Below, one piece after another: positions 9,437 to 20,032 of a stretch of 64,000 bases of DNA. Position 1 is the first letter of the stretch. Each line of letters opens with the position of its first letter. Source of the stretch: a bacterium (GTDB taxonomy: Bacteria > Verrucomicrobiota > Verrucomicrobiia > Limisphaerales > J093); the NCBI GenBank assembly GCA_021780105.1, contig JAJXZJ010000032.1, positions 3,615-67,614 of the forward strand, read 5' to 3'. Position numbers and translations under genes: made by a program. Below the pieces are notes generated by a model, which worked only from the letters and a program-made list of their open reading frames with translations, made no database searches and had not been told where the DNA came from.

Positions 9437-11731
9437 ATGCAACCGCCCACGCCTCCATCGGCACGCGTCGCGTCGTTGCTGCGACGGCGTTGGCGGCGAT
9501 TGCTGTTGCTCGCGCTGACGCCGCTGTTTCTTTTGGCGGGAGGCTGGCTGGCGTTGCCGCTGGTGCCGTTGCCGCCGGGTTTGTTCTCACCTCCCACCGC
9601 TTCTCCGGAGTTCGTGGACCGCCACGGCGCGCCGCTGCGCGTGTTGCCGCAGGGCGGCGCCTTTGCCCGGCGGGTCGCGTTCCACGACATTCCTGTCGCA
9701 CTCGTGGACGCCACGCTTGCCGCCGAGGACCGCCGGTTCTGGCGCCATCCCGGCGTGGACTGGCTGGCAACGACGCGCGCTGCGTGGAACTGGCTGCGCC
9801 ACGGCCGCGTAATCTCCGGCGGCTCCACCATCACGCAACAACTCATCAAGCTCGCCCGGCCGCGACTGCGGACGCTGCGGACAAAAGTGATCGAGGCCGC
9901 GCAGGCGCTCCGGCTGGAGCAAGTCTGGGACAAGCAGCGCATTTTCACCGAATATTTGAACCGCGTGGACTACGGCAACCTTTGCGTCGGTTGCGCGGAG
10001 GCGGCGCAATTTTATTTCGGCAAACCGCCTGCCGACCTCAGCGTTGCGGAAGCTGCGTTCCTCGCGGGGCTGCCACAGGCGCCGTCGCGACTGAACCCGC
10101 GCCGGCATTTTGCGCGGGCGCAAAAGCGGCAGCAGTGGATTCTCGGCCGGATGCGTGCGAACGGCTGGCTCACCGCGCGCGAGCTTGATCGCGCCTGCGC
10201 CGAACCGCTCCGGCTCCAGCCGCCACGGCGGGTGTTCCAAGCGCCGCATTTTGTGGACCTCATCCTGAGCCAGCGCCGCGGACTGTCGCCGTGCCGGATC
10301 GCGACCATGCTGGATCTGGAATTGAATCGTGTGGCCGAGACGATCCTGCGCGAGCAGCTCGGCCGGTTGCGCGGCGAACACGCCCAAGACGGCGCCGTCG
10401 TCATCCTCGACAACCGCACCGGCGGCGTGCTCGCGCTGGTGGGATCGGAGGATTATTTCGCGCCGGCCGCCGGCCAGGTGAACGGCGCGTGGGCACCGCG
10501 TTCCGCCGGTTCGACCCTGAAGCCGTTCACTTACCTGCTGGCCTTCGCCCTGGGCGCCACGCCCGCCAGCATCGTCGCCGACGTTCCGGCCGAATTCCCG
10601 ACGCCGACGGGCATTTTCCGGCCGGTCAATTACGACCGCCGCACCTATGGTCCGATGCGCTACCGAATGGCGCTGGCGAATTCGCTCAACATTTCAGCGG
10701 TGAAAGTGCTCGCGTCGGTGGGTGGCGCACCGGCATTGCAGCGGTTGCTCCGCGAGTGCGGTCTGACGACGCTGGACAAACCGGCCGACTTCTACGGCCT
10801 CGGCCTGACCATCGGCAACGCGGACGTGCGCCTGCTCGAACTCGTCAACGCTTACGCGGTACTCGCCCGGCTCGGCGTGTTCCAGCCTTACCATTTGCTC
10901 GCGACGGAGGCGTCCACTGCGGCGCCGGAACGGCGCATGGCCGACGCCGCGGACGCGTGGTTGATCGCCGCCGTGCTCAGCGACAATGCCGCGCGGACGC
11001 TGGCTTTTGGCAGCGAATCGTTCCTTCGCTTCGACTTTCCCGTCGCGTGCAAAACCGGCACCAGCTCGGATTTTCGCGACAACTGGGCCGTCGGCTACAC
11101 GCCCGAATTCACCGTCGGCGTGTGGGTGGGGAATTTCGACGGCACACCAATGGCGCGCGTATCCGGCGTCAGCGGCGCGGCACCGATCTTGCACGAACTT
11201 TTCGAGCACCTGCACCGGCGCTACGGCACGTCGTGGTTTGTCCGCCCGGCCAACATTGTTGAAGCGGCGATTCAGCCCATCACCGGTCATCGCTTGACCG
11301 AACAGTGGCCCGGCACCGTCACGGAAAAATTCCGCGCCGGCACGCTGCCGCCTTTGGAAACCGCCGCCGATTATGACGCCGAAGGCCGCGTGCGGCTGCC
11401 CGCTGAATACCGCGATTGGCTGGCCTCCGCCGACAACTGGCTCACCGGCCGGGCGGTGGTGGACACGGCGTCGGCCACGCCGCTGCGTCTGATTTCGCCG
11501 CTGCCGGGCACGACGTTTTTTCTCGATCCCGACCTGCCGGACGCGGGCCGCTGGCTCACGTTGAGGGCTGAAGGCGGAACGAACCTGGTTTGGACCAGCG
11601 ACTCGCTCGCGATCAAACGCGCTGCCGGCGGTGTCTGCGCCCGGATGACCGAAGGCCGACACACGTTACGCGTCCACGATCCGGCCACCGGCGAACAGGC
11701 GGCGACGTGGATTCTCGTGAAACGGCGCTGA
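9437..11731 (+). CDS. pbpC: Penicillin-binding protein 1C
   Basis: Transglycosylase EDRRFWRHPGVD and GGSTITQQL; transpeptidase STLK, SLN, KTGT; C-terminal BiPBP_C-like extension. Confidence 0.85.
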   Translation: MQPPTPPSARVASLLRRRWRRLLLLALTPLFLLAGGWLALPLVPLPPGLFSPPTASPEFVDRHGAPLRVLPQGGAFARRVAFHDIPVALVDATLAAEDRRFWRHPGVDWLATTRAAWNWLRHGRVISGGSTITQQLIKLARPRLRTLRTKVIEAAQALRLEQVWDKQRIFTEYLNRVDYGNLCVGCAEAAQFYFGKPPADLSVAEAAFLAGLPQAPSRLNPRRHFARAQKRQQWILGRMRANGWLTARELDRACAEPLRLQPPRRVFQAPHFVDLILSQRRGLSPCRIATMLDLELNRVAETILREQLGRLRGEHAQDGAVVILDNRTGGVLALVGSEDYFAPAAGQVNGAWAPRSAGSTLKPFTYLLAFALGATPASIVADVPAEFPTPTGIFRPVNYDRRTYGPMRYRMALANSLNISAVKVLASVGGAPALQRLLRECGLTTLDKPADFYGLGLTIGNADVRLLELVNAYAVLARLGVFQPYHLLATEASTAAPERRMADAADAWLIAAVLSDNAARTLAFGSESFLRFDFPVACKTGTSSDFRDNWAVGYTPEFTVGVWVGNFDGTPMARVSGVSGAAPILHELFEHLHRRYGTSWFVRPANIVEAAIQPITGHRLTEQWPGTVTEKFRAGTLPPLETAADYDAEGRVRLPAEYRDWLASADNWLTGRAVVDTASATPLRLISPLPGTTFFLDPDLPDAGRWLTLRAEGGTNLVWTSDSLAIKRAAGGVCARMTEGRHTLRVHDPATGEQAATWILVKRR

Positions 11732-11766
11732 GCCGCGCCGTTTCGGCGCGTTGGCGAACGTTTGGT

Positions 11767-12570
11767 TCAGAGCGGCCGGACCCAAATGTCCCGGAAACGC
11801 ACGGGACATTCGTGTCCGCCGAGAACCAGCGGCCCGCGGTTGATCTTGTGCTTGTATTCCGGTAGAATACGATGCCCGGTTTCACCGTGGATTTCCTGGT
11901 TCAATTGCACGAGCAAACCGTTGTGGAAAATGGTCACGCGCGCCGGGCTGACTAATTTATCGCCGTCGAACACCGGCGCGGTGAACACGATGTCGTAGGT
12001 CTGCCACTGGCCCGGCAGACGCGTGGCGTTGACCAGCGGCGGCGTCTGGCCGTAGATCGCCGCGGCCTCGCCGTCCGGGTAAATCTTCACGTTGAACGAG
12101 TCGAACACCTGGATTTCGTAAAGACCCATCAGGAACACACCGTTGTTGCCCTGGTTATACCACGGGCCCTGGAAATGCGCCGGCGCCATCCATTCGAGGT
12201 GAATCTGGCAGTTGCCGAAGCTTTGCTTGCTCGTGAAGTTGCCGTTGCCCGCCACGATGCAGCCGTCGTCCACCTTGTAGTCCGAGGGTTCCCATGCCGA
12301 CAGGTCCTTGCCGTCGAAGAGCACGATGGCGTCCGCCGGCGCCGGCGCGGGCGGGCCGGCGGGGCCGGGGTCCACGCGTTTCGGCGCGGGGCGGTCGGGG
12401 TCGTGGACGAGCCACTGGCACCACGGCAGTTTGGGCGTGTCCTTGTAGCCGAAGACGCCGGAGCCGTCCTTGGCATAGACGAGATCGGCGGCGTGGGCGA
12501 GGGCGAGGGTGGTCAACGCGGCGCCGAGCACGGCGAGCGCAGTTCGCGGGAGGAGTAGCGACGTGTTCAT
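11767..12570 (-). CDS. DUF1080 (3-keto-disaccharide hydrolase-like) secreted protein
   Basis: Real start is MNTSLLLPR at 12570; LFDGKDLSAW, GNNGVFL, YEIQVFDS, WQTYDIVF, PVRFRDIWVRPL. Confidence 0.85.
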   Translation of the reverse strand: MNTSLLLPRTALAVLGAALTTLALAHAADLVYAKDGSGVFGYKDTPKLPWCQWLVHDPDRPAPKRVDPGPAGPPAPAPADAIVLFDGKDLSAWEPSDYKVDDGCIVAGNGNFTSKQSFGNCQIHLEWMAPAHFQGPWYNQGNNGVFLMGLYEIQVFDSFNVKIYPDGEAAAIYGQTPPLVNATRLPGQWQTYDIVFTAPVFDGDKLVSPARVTIFHNGLLVQLNQEIHGETGHRILPEYKHKINRGPLVLGGHECPVRFRDIWVRPL

Positions 12571-12729
12571 GGTTTGTTCGCGGCGATCATGGCGGATTGG
12601 AGAACTCGTGCAAGCAGTTTGCACCGATCCGGCCCCGGTGTGCCGGCCCTGGCCGGGTGGTCGATGACGCGAAGTTGCCCGGCGAAAATTTCGTTCGTCG
12701 CGCTCCGGCGTTGCGCTATCGTTCCGACG

Positions 12730-13731
12730 ATGAAGCAATGGTTTCGACCGGGCGGGTTTCTGCTGGCGATGTTGGTTTGTGGGGCAGGGGGCATCCGTGG
12801 GTTCGCCGCGCCGACAAATCTGCCGCCGGCACGGATTTTGTTCCTCGGCGACAGCATCACCTACAGCGGGCAATACGTGGAGTTCTTCGAGACGTTCGTC
12901 CGGCTGCAATTTCCGGCGTGGCGCGGTGAAATCCTCAATCTCGGCCTGCCCAGCGAAACGGTGTCCGGCCTGTCGGAGCCGGGGCACGCGGGCGGGGCGT
13001 TTCCGCGGCCGGACCTGCACGAGCGGCTGGACCGCGTGCTCGCCCAGACGAAACCGGACGTGGTCATCGCCTGCTACGGCATGAACGACGGCATCTACCT
13101 GCCGTTCGACGCGGGGCGATTTGAGCGGTTCCAGGACGGCATTCGCTGGCTGCGGGAGAAGGTCGCCGCCGCCGGCGCGCCGATCATTTTGCTCACGCCG
13201 CCCACGTTCGATCCCACGGCCGGGAATCCCAACCCACCGCCCGCGTTCAATTACAACGACGTGCTGGACCACTGCGCGGCATGGTTGCTCGCGCAGCGCG
13301 ACCACGGCTGGACCGTGCTCGACGTCCACGGACCGATGAACCGTTTTCTCGCGGAGCGCCGCCGGCAGGACCCGGCTTATCATCTCGCCGGCGACGGCGT
13401 GCATCCGAATGACACCGGCCACTGGCTCATGGTGCGACCGTTGCTGCGGCACTTCGGCGCGCCGGCGGAGCTTGCGGAGACGGAATCCGTGGCGCCGATG
13501 CTGGCGCATTACCCGCACGCTGCCGAGGTGCTGAAGCTGGTCCAGGAGCGCCAGCGGATGTTGAAGGACGCCTGGCTCACGGCCACCGGCCACAAACGGC
13601 CCGGCATGGCGAAGGGCCTGCCGCTGGCCGAAGCGCAGCCACGCGCCACGGAACTGGACCGGCAAATCAACGCGTTGACCGCGACGCAGAGAACTGAATC
13701 GCCGGCGGGGCTGCCTCAGCCGAACCGGTAA
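12730..13731 (+). CDS. SGNH/GDSL hydrolase
   Basis: FLGDSIT, GMND, DGVHP blocks; signal-like N-terminus. Confidence 0.85.
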   Translation: MKQWFRPGGFLLAMLVCGAGGIRGFAAPTNLPPARILFLGDSITYSGQYVEFFETFVRLQFPAWRGEILNLGLPSETVSGLSEPGHAGGAFPRPDLHERLDRVLAQTKPDVVIACYGMNDGIYLPFDAGRFERFQDGIRWLREKVAAAGAPIILLTPPTFDPTAGNPNPPPAFNYNDVLDHCAAWLLAQRDHGWTVLDVHGPMNRFLAERRRQDPAYHLAGDGVHPNDTGHWLMVRPLLRHFGAPAELAETESVAPMLAHYPHAAEVLKLVQERQRMLKDAWLTATGHKRPGMAKGLPLAEAQPRATELDRQINALTATQRTESPAGLPQPNR

Positions 13732-13982
13732 TGCTTGCGGACCGCCTCCTGCACCTGCCACACGCAGGAAAGCCCTTGGGGAAAGACCACGAGGTCGCCC
13801 TTGCCGAACGAAACGGACTCCGTGCCGGTGTTCACCGTGACGCGCCCTTCCAACAGGTAGCAGATTTCCGGTGCGTCGTAATCCCAGTCGAAGGTGGACA
13901 CGCCGCATGTCCAGATTGGCCAGGCAAACACGCCCAGTTTCGCGATCTCCGCGTCGGTGGGCTGACGAACTTGGATTTGCAT
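13716..13982 (-). CDS. Small cupin (DUF861/Cupin_3 family)
   Basis: WPIWTC...FDWDY...EICYLLEGRVTV...GDLVVFPQGLSCVW...KHY. Confidence 0.85.
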   Translation of the reverse strand: MQIQVRQPTDAEIAKLGVFAWPIWTCGVSTFDWDYDAPEICYLLEGRVTVNTGTESVSFGKGDLVVFPQGLSCVWQVQEAVRKHYRFG

Positions 13983-14348
13983 GGGCGCAGTATAGCCCAC
14001 GTCGCATTGGTCGGGCCAGTCGGGGAATGCGGGAATTTAAGAACGGAGGCGACGTCACACGCCTTCAACACTGGGCTGCCTTGACCGCGCTGGCGGACGG
14101 GCCTCCTGGCGTCGGCAGCAGCCGTTCCGGTCGTCCGCACGATCACGCCCTCCGCCCGGAGACGCCGCTTGTCCGCGGCGTCTTCTGCCGCGCGCCGACA
14201 GACCGGCCATGCTGCGCTCCCGTGGCGGGCGAATTGAACCATCCTGGAATACATCACCCGCCCGGCGCGTCTGAGATATGACGGGCGCGACGGGCCTCGG
14301 GCAATTGCGTCGGCCAGCGGCCCGGCAGCACGTATTGGCACACGAAAC

Positions 14349-16763
14349 ATGATCACAACTCACGACACGGCGGATGGCATGGCGCGGCGGGACTTCATTC
14401 GGCGATGCGCGCTCGGCGGCGCGGCGCTCGCGTCCACACCGTTGCTGGGTTGCCGGAGTGTCGCCGGCGGGACCGGTGCGGCCGCCCGCACGTTGCGTTT
14501 GGATGGCGACTGGCGCTTCGGCGGCAGGTTCACCGAAGGCGCGCAGGTGCCCGATTTCAACGACGCTGCGTTCGCACGGATCACCTTGCCGCACTGCGTC
14601 GCCAGCCTTTCCTGGCAGAAATGGGAACCGGCGCAGTGGCAGGATCGCTGGATTTACCGGCGCCACTTCGTGCTGCCGGCGGAGTTCAAGCAACTCCGCG
14701 TTTTCGCGCAGTTTGACGGTGTGATGATCGGCGCGTCGCCGGTGCTTAACGGCCACGCGCTGCCCGAACATTTGGGCGGCTACCTGCCGTTCGACTACGA
14801 GGTCACCGACCGGGTTGCCGCCGGGGACAACGTGCTCGCCGTCATCGTGGATGCGCGCTGGCGCAACGTGCCGCCCGCCGGTTCGCCGCGCGGTCCGCGG
14901 GCCGTGGATTACCTGCTGCCCGGTGGCATCTGCCGCCCCGTCAGCCTGCGGGCCGTGCCGGCGGTTTTCATTCGTGACGCGTTTGCGAAACCGGTGCGCG
15001 TGCTCGAACCGGATCGGCGCGTCGAAGTCCGTTGCACGCTGGATGCCGCGGTGCTGCCGTCGTCGTCGCTCTGCCTGGAAGCCACGTTGATGGATGGTCC
15101 ACGCCGGATCGCCCGGGCTGCGCAGCGGGTCTTTCTCCAGCGGACCGGCGAAACGGAAGTCACGCTCGCGTTGGAGCGGCTCGGCAACGTGGCCCTTTGG
15201 GACGTGGATGCGCCGCGCCTTTACGAGGTGGTGGTCACGCTGCGGGCGGGCGGGCGGGCGGTTCACGATTACCGGACGCGCATCGGTCTGCGCGAGGCGC
15301 GCTTCGAACCGGATGGTTTTTTCCTGAACGGGAAACGCCTTCAACTCTTCGGCCTGAACCGGCACGAGTTGTTCCCTTATGTTGGGCACGCCATGCCGGC
15401 GCGGGTGCAGCGCCGCGATGCTGAAATGTTGCGCCGCGAGTTCAACTGCAACATCGTCCGCTGCTCCCACTACCCGCAGGCGGAAGCTTTCCTCGACGCC
15501 TGCGACGAGCTGGGCCTGATGGTCTGGGAGGAACCTCCCGGCTGGCAATACATCGGCGACCAGGCCTGGCAGGACCTGGCCGTCCGCGATGTGCGGGACA
15601 TGGTGCGCCGCGACCGCAATCATCCCGCCATCGTCATCTGGGGCGTGCGCATCAACGAATCCGCCAACGACGAGGCGCTTTACCGGCGCACGCGGGCACT
15701 GGCGAAGGAACTCGACGGCTCGCGCCCAACCTCCGGCTCGATGACGCCCGGCTCCCGCAAGAATTGGAAGCAGGAATGGCACGAGGACGTCTTCGCGTTC
15801 GACGACTACCACGCGGCGGCCGACGGCAGCGTGGGCGTCGAAGGTCCGACGGCGGGCGTGCCTTACTTGCTGGCCGAGGCGGTGGGGCAGTTCAACTACA
15901 CCGCCCGCCGGGGTTTTGACAGCAAGTATCGGCGGGCCGGGGACGTCGCGCTCCAGGAGCAGCAGGCCCTGCGGCATGCCCAGGCGCACAACAAAGCCGC
16001 CGCGGACCCGCGCCTCTGCGGCGTGATCGCCTGGTGCGCGTTCGACTATGGCAGCCTGATGAATGCCTATGACGGGGTGAAATGTCCCGGCGTGGCGGAC
16101 ATTTTCCGCGTCCCGAAACTCGGCGCCTCGTTCTACCTGGCGCAGGCCGATCCGAAAACGCGGCCGGTCATCGAACCCAATTTCTACTGGGATTTTGGCC
16201 CGCAAACGCCCCGTGGCCCCGGCGAACACGCGGCGATTTTCTCCAACTGCGACCGGCTTGAACTCTGGATCGGCGACCGGCATCACGCGACGCTCCAGCC
16301 GGAGCGCGCCGGCTTTCCGCATCTCAAGCACCCGCCGTTTTTTGCGAACCTCGCGCTCGACGAAGCCGGTCGGCCGGAACTGCGCATTGACGGCTACCTC
16401 GGCAGCGAGCGGGTGTTATCGCGCTCCTTTTCCGCCGACCCCGGGCATGACCAGCTCTGGCTGCGTGCCGATGATACGGAGCTGGTCGGCGACGGCTCGG
16501 ACGCGACGCGCCTGGTGTTCCGCGCGGCCGACCGCTTTGGCGCGCCGAGGGCGTTCGCCGGTGGCGAGGTCAGGCTGCGCCTCGAAGGACCGGGCGTCAT
16601 CGTCGGCGACAATCCGTTTCCACTGGCCGACAGCGGCGGTGTGGGCGCGGTGTGGATCAAGACGCTGCCCGACGCCTCGGGCGTCATCAACGTCACTGCC
16701 ACCCACTCGTCGCTGGGCGCAAAGTCCGTCAGAATTTCCGTGCGTTCGACGACTCCAGTCTGA
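14349..16763 (+). CDS. Tat-exported GH2 glycoside hydrolase (beta-galactosidase-like)
   Basis: RRDFI twin-arginine signal; GLNRHE, RCSHYP, DACDELGLMVWEE, RNHPAIVIWGVRINE. Confidence 0.9.
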   Translation: MITTHDTADGMARRDFIRRCALGGAALASTPLLGCRSVAGGTGAAARTLRLDGDWRFGGRFTEGAQVPDFNDAAFARITLPHCVASLSWQKWEPAQWQDRWIYRRHFVLPAEFKQLRVFAQFDGVMIGASPVLNGHALPEHLGGYLPFDYEVTDRVAAGDNVLAVIVDARWRNVPPAGSPRGPRAVDYLLPGGICRPVSLRAVPAVFIRDAFAKPVRVLEPDRRVEVRCTLDAAVLPSSSLCLEATLMDGPRRIARAAQRVFLQRTGETEVTLALERLGNVALWDVDAPRLYEVVVTLRAGGRAVHDYRTRIGLREARFEPDGFFLNGKRLQLFGLNRHELFPYVGHAMPARVQRRDAEMLRREFNCNIVRCSHYPQAEAFLDACDELGLMVWEEPPGWQYIGDQAWQDLAVRDVRDMVRRDRNHPAIVIWGVRINESANDEALYRRTRALAKELDGSRPTSGSMTPGSRKNWKQEWHEDVFAFDDYHAAADGSVGVEGPTAGVPYLLAEAVGQFNYTARRGFDSKYRRAGDVALQEQQALRHAQAHNKAAADPRLCGVIAWCAFDYGSLMNAYDGVKCPGVADIFRVPKLGASFYLAQADPKTRPVIEPNFYWDFGPQTPRGPGEHAAIFSNCDRLELWIGDRHHATLQPERAGFPHLKHPPFFANLALDEAGRPELRIDGYLGSERVLSRSFSADPGHDQLWLRADDTELVGDGSDATRLVFRAADRFGAPRAFAGGEVRLRLEGPGVIVGDNPFPLADSGGVGAVWIKTLPDASGVINVTATHSSLGAKSVRISVRSTTPV

Positions 16764-17165
16764 CTTGGATGCGATCCAGTGTGGCGCGGGGCCGGAGGCC
16801 GGCGGACGCAAGCAGTCCCATGGGCTGTCCGCGAGGTTTCGCCGCGGGGACAAAGCGGGCAAGCCGATGGCGGGCTGTGGCGTATGCGCGCTGCTGTTCC
16901 CGTTATTGCGGATGGTCGCACGAGCGTGAGCCAGCGGGGTGGCCCCGGGTCGAATGGCGTTGGCTCTCCAATGCGATCCCGTCTTGGGCTGCCTCAACGG
17001 TCGTTGCCAATGCGGGGTTTTGTGGGCCGATGGCCGGCGTTTGGTTGCCCACGTCCTTGTTTCACCCTCATCGTGACGATCTGATTGGCCACATTCCGAG
17101 GGTGAAATCACCTTTCCCTGCGCGCGATGGCTGGCTAGAGTTCACGCCAACATCATATTGAAATC

Positions 17166-18050
17166 ATGACCATGAACACCATCTCTCTGCTGGCCGTCTG
17201 TCTGGTGGCGTCGGCCCTTGCACGCGCGGAAATGCAGCCGCCACTGCCGCTTTGGCCGGACGGCGCGCCGGGCGCGCTGGGCAAGGAAGACAAAGACATC
17301 CCTACGCTCACACCGTATCTGCCCGATCCAGGCGTCGCCACGGGCGCGGCGATCGTCATTTGCCCGGGCGGCGGCTACGCCGGGTTGGCACCTTACGAGG
17401 GTCACGACTATGCACTCTGGCTGAACCAGCACGGTGTCGCCGGGTTTGTCCTGAAATACCGGCTCGGTTCCGCCGGCTACCGGCACCCGATTATGCTGGA
17501 GGATGCCGCGCGCGCCGTGCGCCTGGTGCGGGCACGGGCCGCCGATTGGAAGGTTGATCCCAAGCGCGTCGGCATCATGGGATCCTCCGCCGGCGGGCAT
17601 CTGGCCTCGACGCTGCTCACGCATTTCGACGCCGGCAAGCCGGATGCCGCCGACCCCATTGAGCGGGAGAGTTCGCGGCCGGACATCGGCATTCTGTGCT
17701 ACGCCGTCATCACCATGGGCCAGTTTACCCACGAAGGTTCCAAGGAGAATCTCCTGGGCAAGCATCCCTCGCCGGAGCTGGTCCGGCTGCTTTCCAATGA
17801 GCTCCAGGTGACGCCGCAGACACCGCCGTGTTTCATCTGGCACACGTGGGAGGACAACGTCGTGCCCGTGGAAAACAGCCTTCAATTTGCCGTGGCTTTG
17901 CGGAAGGCCGGCGTGCCGTTTGCGCTGAACATCTACCAGAAGGGAGGGCATGGCATGGGTCTCGGTGACAAACCGCCGTTCGCACATCCGCATCCTTGGG
18001 CGAACGACTGCCTCTTCTGGCTCAAGGTGCAAGGCTTTGTGAAACCCTGA
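17166..18050 (+). CDS. Secreted alpha/beta hydrolase (carbohydrate esterase-like)
   Basis: CPGGGY, GSSAGG nucleophile elbow, DNVVP, GGHG. Confidence 0.85.
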   Translation: MTMNTISLLAVCLVASALARAEMQPPLPLWPDGAPGALGKEDKDIPTLTPYLPDPGVATGAAIVICPGGGYAGLAPYEGHDYALWLNQHGVAGFVLKYRLGSAGYRHPIMLEDAARAVRLVRARAADWKVDPKRVGIMGSSAGGHLASTLLTHFDAGKPDAADPIERESSRPDIGILCYAVITMGQFTHEGSKENLLGKHPSPELVRLLSNELQVTPQTPPCFIWHTWEDNVVPVENSLQFAVALRKAGVPFALNIYQKGGHGMGLGDKPPFAHPHPWANDCLFWLKVQGFVKP

Positions 18051-18171
18051 GCGGCAAAACCATTCCGCAACGATCCCCTCTGACGGTATTTGAAAGCGCC
18101 AGCTTGCCCGGACGGTTGCGCTTCTCGGTCATTGGCTCCGTGGAAATCGAGGGACCATCGGCGCTGACATC

Positions 18172-18200
18172 AAAAAGGCCGGCTCGCACCTGAGCCGGCC
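18172..18200 (-). terminator. Rho-independent terminator of PEP-CTERM copy 1
   Basis: Stem ggccggctc/gagccggcc followed by a T tract on the minus strand. Confidence 0.75.
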
Positions 18201-18224
18201 CGTGAAGACGGTCCAAACAACCGA

Positions 18225-18926
18225 TTACGCGCGCAGCCGCCGGACGAGCGTGTATCCCGCCAATCCGAGTCCGAAGACGCCCGCATAGGTCGTAGGTTCC
18301 GGCACCGAGAAACCTTGATCAATCAGAGTGGCGGTGACCACGGTATTGGGAGAGAGTCCCGTCAGATTGATGTTTTTCTCGACCGTGAGCCATTGCTGAT
18401 TGGGAAACACCAACTCGTCGAGCGCTTCGCCGGGAGGATCCTGAATATCGTGCGAGGCGATGCCGTTCAACACCAACTTGCCTACGCTGCTTTGACCGAC
18501 CACCAAGCCACCCACGCCGTCGGCGTGAACGACTTCATCAATCGCGGCGAAACCATCACCGAACTGAACACCCGCGACCATGGCACTGTAGAGGTCTTCA
18601 ATGATGGGTGCGTTAGCGGTGACTTTGTAGGTGAGACCGATGTCAATTCCGTTCATGCCCACCACGGAGATGGGACCTTGAAGTTGAATGCCAAACGTCG
18701 GATGCACACCATCCGGCCTGCCAAAGTCCATTGTGGATACCGTGATGAGGCTGGCCGTCGGCGCCCCTGGCGATGGCGTCCAAACGAAATCGCTGAACGT
18801 GAGACCATCAATCGTCAGGGTGTTTCCACCGGGCCCCAACGTGTCTAACAACATGCTTCCAGCCTGGCTTGTCACCATGCTGGTGGCTAGGCTGGAAACG
18901 ACTGCTGCAATGAATAACTTTCGCAT
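18225..18926 (-). CDS. PEP-CTERM surface protein, copy 1
   Basis: Signal peptide MRKLFIAAVVSSLATSMVTSQA; C-terminal VPEPTTYAGVFGLGLAGYTLVRRLRA. Confidence 0.9.
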   Translation of the reverse strand: MRKLFIAAVVSSLATSMVTSQAGSMLLDTLGPGGNTLTIDGLTFSDFVWTPSPGAPTASLITVSTMDFGRPDGVHPTFGIQLQGPISVVGMNGIDIGLTYKVTANAPIIEDLYSAMVAGVQFGDGFAAIDEVVHADGVGGLVVGQSSVGKLVLNGIASHDIQDPPGEALDELVFPNQQWLTVEKNINLTGLSPNTVVTATLIDQGFSVPEPTTYAGVFGLGLAGYTLVRRLRA

Positions 18927-19019
18927 AGTTTTCCTTTTTTGTTACCCGCTGCGGACGAACTGAGTCTGACTGCATCTGTTACTACTCGGCGGTTTCATCG
19001 GTAGCCCGAGCATCGCCTG

Positions 19020-19111
19020 CACTGGCACGCCACGCTTGTTCCCGCTGCCCCGTTACCCGGAGTCGTGCTTGCTGGTTACTACGGGAATGCTCATCTGAGA
19101 TTACAGGTATT
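19020..19111 (-). promoter_or_regulatory. Conserved upstream regulatory region, copy 1
   Basis: 37-bp block 19075-19111 matches 20088-20124 at 33/37; 12-mer cactggcacgcc at 19020 repeated at 20033; distance to ATG conserved. Confidence 0.6.
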
Positions 19112-19187
19112 TTAACGGCAGCAATCGCTACTCAAGTGAGCTCGCGGATCGCGTGTCGGAAACGTTGGCAACACTGGAATGTCACTG

Positions 19188-19222
19188 AAAACAAAGAGGC
19201 CGGCTCATACTTGAGCCGGCCT
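19188..19222 (-). terminator. Rho-independent terminator of PEP-CTERM copy 2
   Basis: Stem aggccggctca/tgagccggcct with T-rich tail on the minus strand; paralogous to 18172-18200. Confidence 0.75.
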
Positions 19223-19245
19223 TTGAAGACGAAGTGAATAGCCTA

Positions 19246-19938
19246 TTACGCGCGGACGCGCCGTAAGAATGTGTATCCGAGCAATCCGAGTCCGAAGAGG
19301 CCCGCGTAAGTCGCCGGTTCGGGCACCGAGAAGCCTTGGTCAACGATTGTCACCGTGGCCACGGTAGCCGGGTCCAGCCCCGTCAAGTTGATGTTCTTTT
19401 CAACCGTGAGCACTTGCTGGCTGGGAAAGATCAAATTATCAAGTGCCTCCGGCGGAGGATCTTGAGGATCATTCCACAGGACACCACCGAGGACCGACTT
19501 GGCAATGCTGCTCTGGCCAACCACAGCCCCACCCAAGCCACCCGCATGGACTACTTCATCAATTGCCGCGAAACCATCGCCAAACTGAACTCCAGCCACC
19601 ATCGAATTGTAAATGTCTTCGATGATTGCGCTGCTCGCGGTAACTTTGTATATGAGGCCGATGTCAATCGCGTTCACACCCGCGATCGACATTGGTCCTT
19701 GGAGTTGAATTCCATAGGTTGGACGACCATCAATGATGCCGAAGTCCATCGTGGATACGTTAATCAGACTGGCCGCGGGTGCCCCTGGAGAAGGCGTCCA
19801 GACGAAGTCGCTGAACGTGAGTCCGTCAATACTCAGGGTTCCCATACCTGGTCCCAGAGTGTCCAACGTTGCCGCCTGACTCGGCGCGATGCTTGCGACC
19901 AAGCCGGCGGCCGCTAATGTAATAAGAAGTTTCCGCAT
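19246..19938 (-). CDS. PEP-CTERM surface protein, copy 2 (tandem paralog)
   Basis: Start MRKLLITL at 19938; long blocks identical to copy 1; VPEPATYAGLFGLGLLGYTFLRRVRA. Confidence 0.9.
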   Translation of the reverse strand: MRKLLITLAAAGLVASIAPSQAATLDTLGPGMGTLSIDGLTFSDFVWTPSPGAPAASLINVSTMDFGIIDGRPTYGIQLQGPMSIAGVNAIDIGLIYKVTASSAIIEDIYNSMVAGVQFGDGFAAIDEVVHAGGLGGAVVGQSSIAKSVLGGVLWNDPQDPPPEALDNLIFPSQQVLTVEKNINLTGLDPATVATVTIVDQGFSVPEPATYAGLFGLGLLGYTFLRRVRA

Positions 19939-20032
19939 AGGTTTTGTTTGTGTTTTGATTGCCTGAACCGACTTGGCAGCGCTTGCCTTTCTGTTCACTG
20001 CGTTGCTCTCGGTCTTTTTACGTCTGCCCTGC

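Noticed and set aside
12571-14058. N-terminal ~495 aa of the 763-aa ORF 11767..14058
   Set aside because: Shadow of the SGNH gene; the real DUF1080 protein starts with a signal peptide at 12570.
14001-14348. GC-rich hairpins upstream of the GH2 gene (also 16764-17165 and 55554-55782) as possible riboswitches or ncRNAs
   Set aside because: No recognisable riboswitch consensus; hairpins are expected at this GC content. An Rfam scan would be needed.
19022-19040. tggcacg as a sigma-54 -24 box
   Set aside because: Wrong strand for the PEP-CTERM genes, and no correctly spaced TTGC -12 element.
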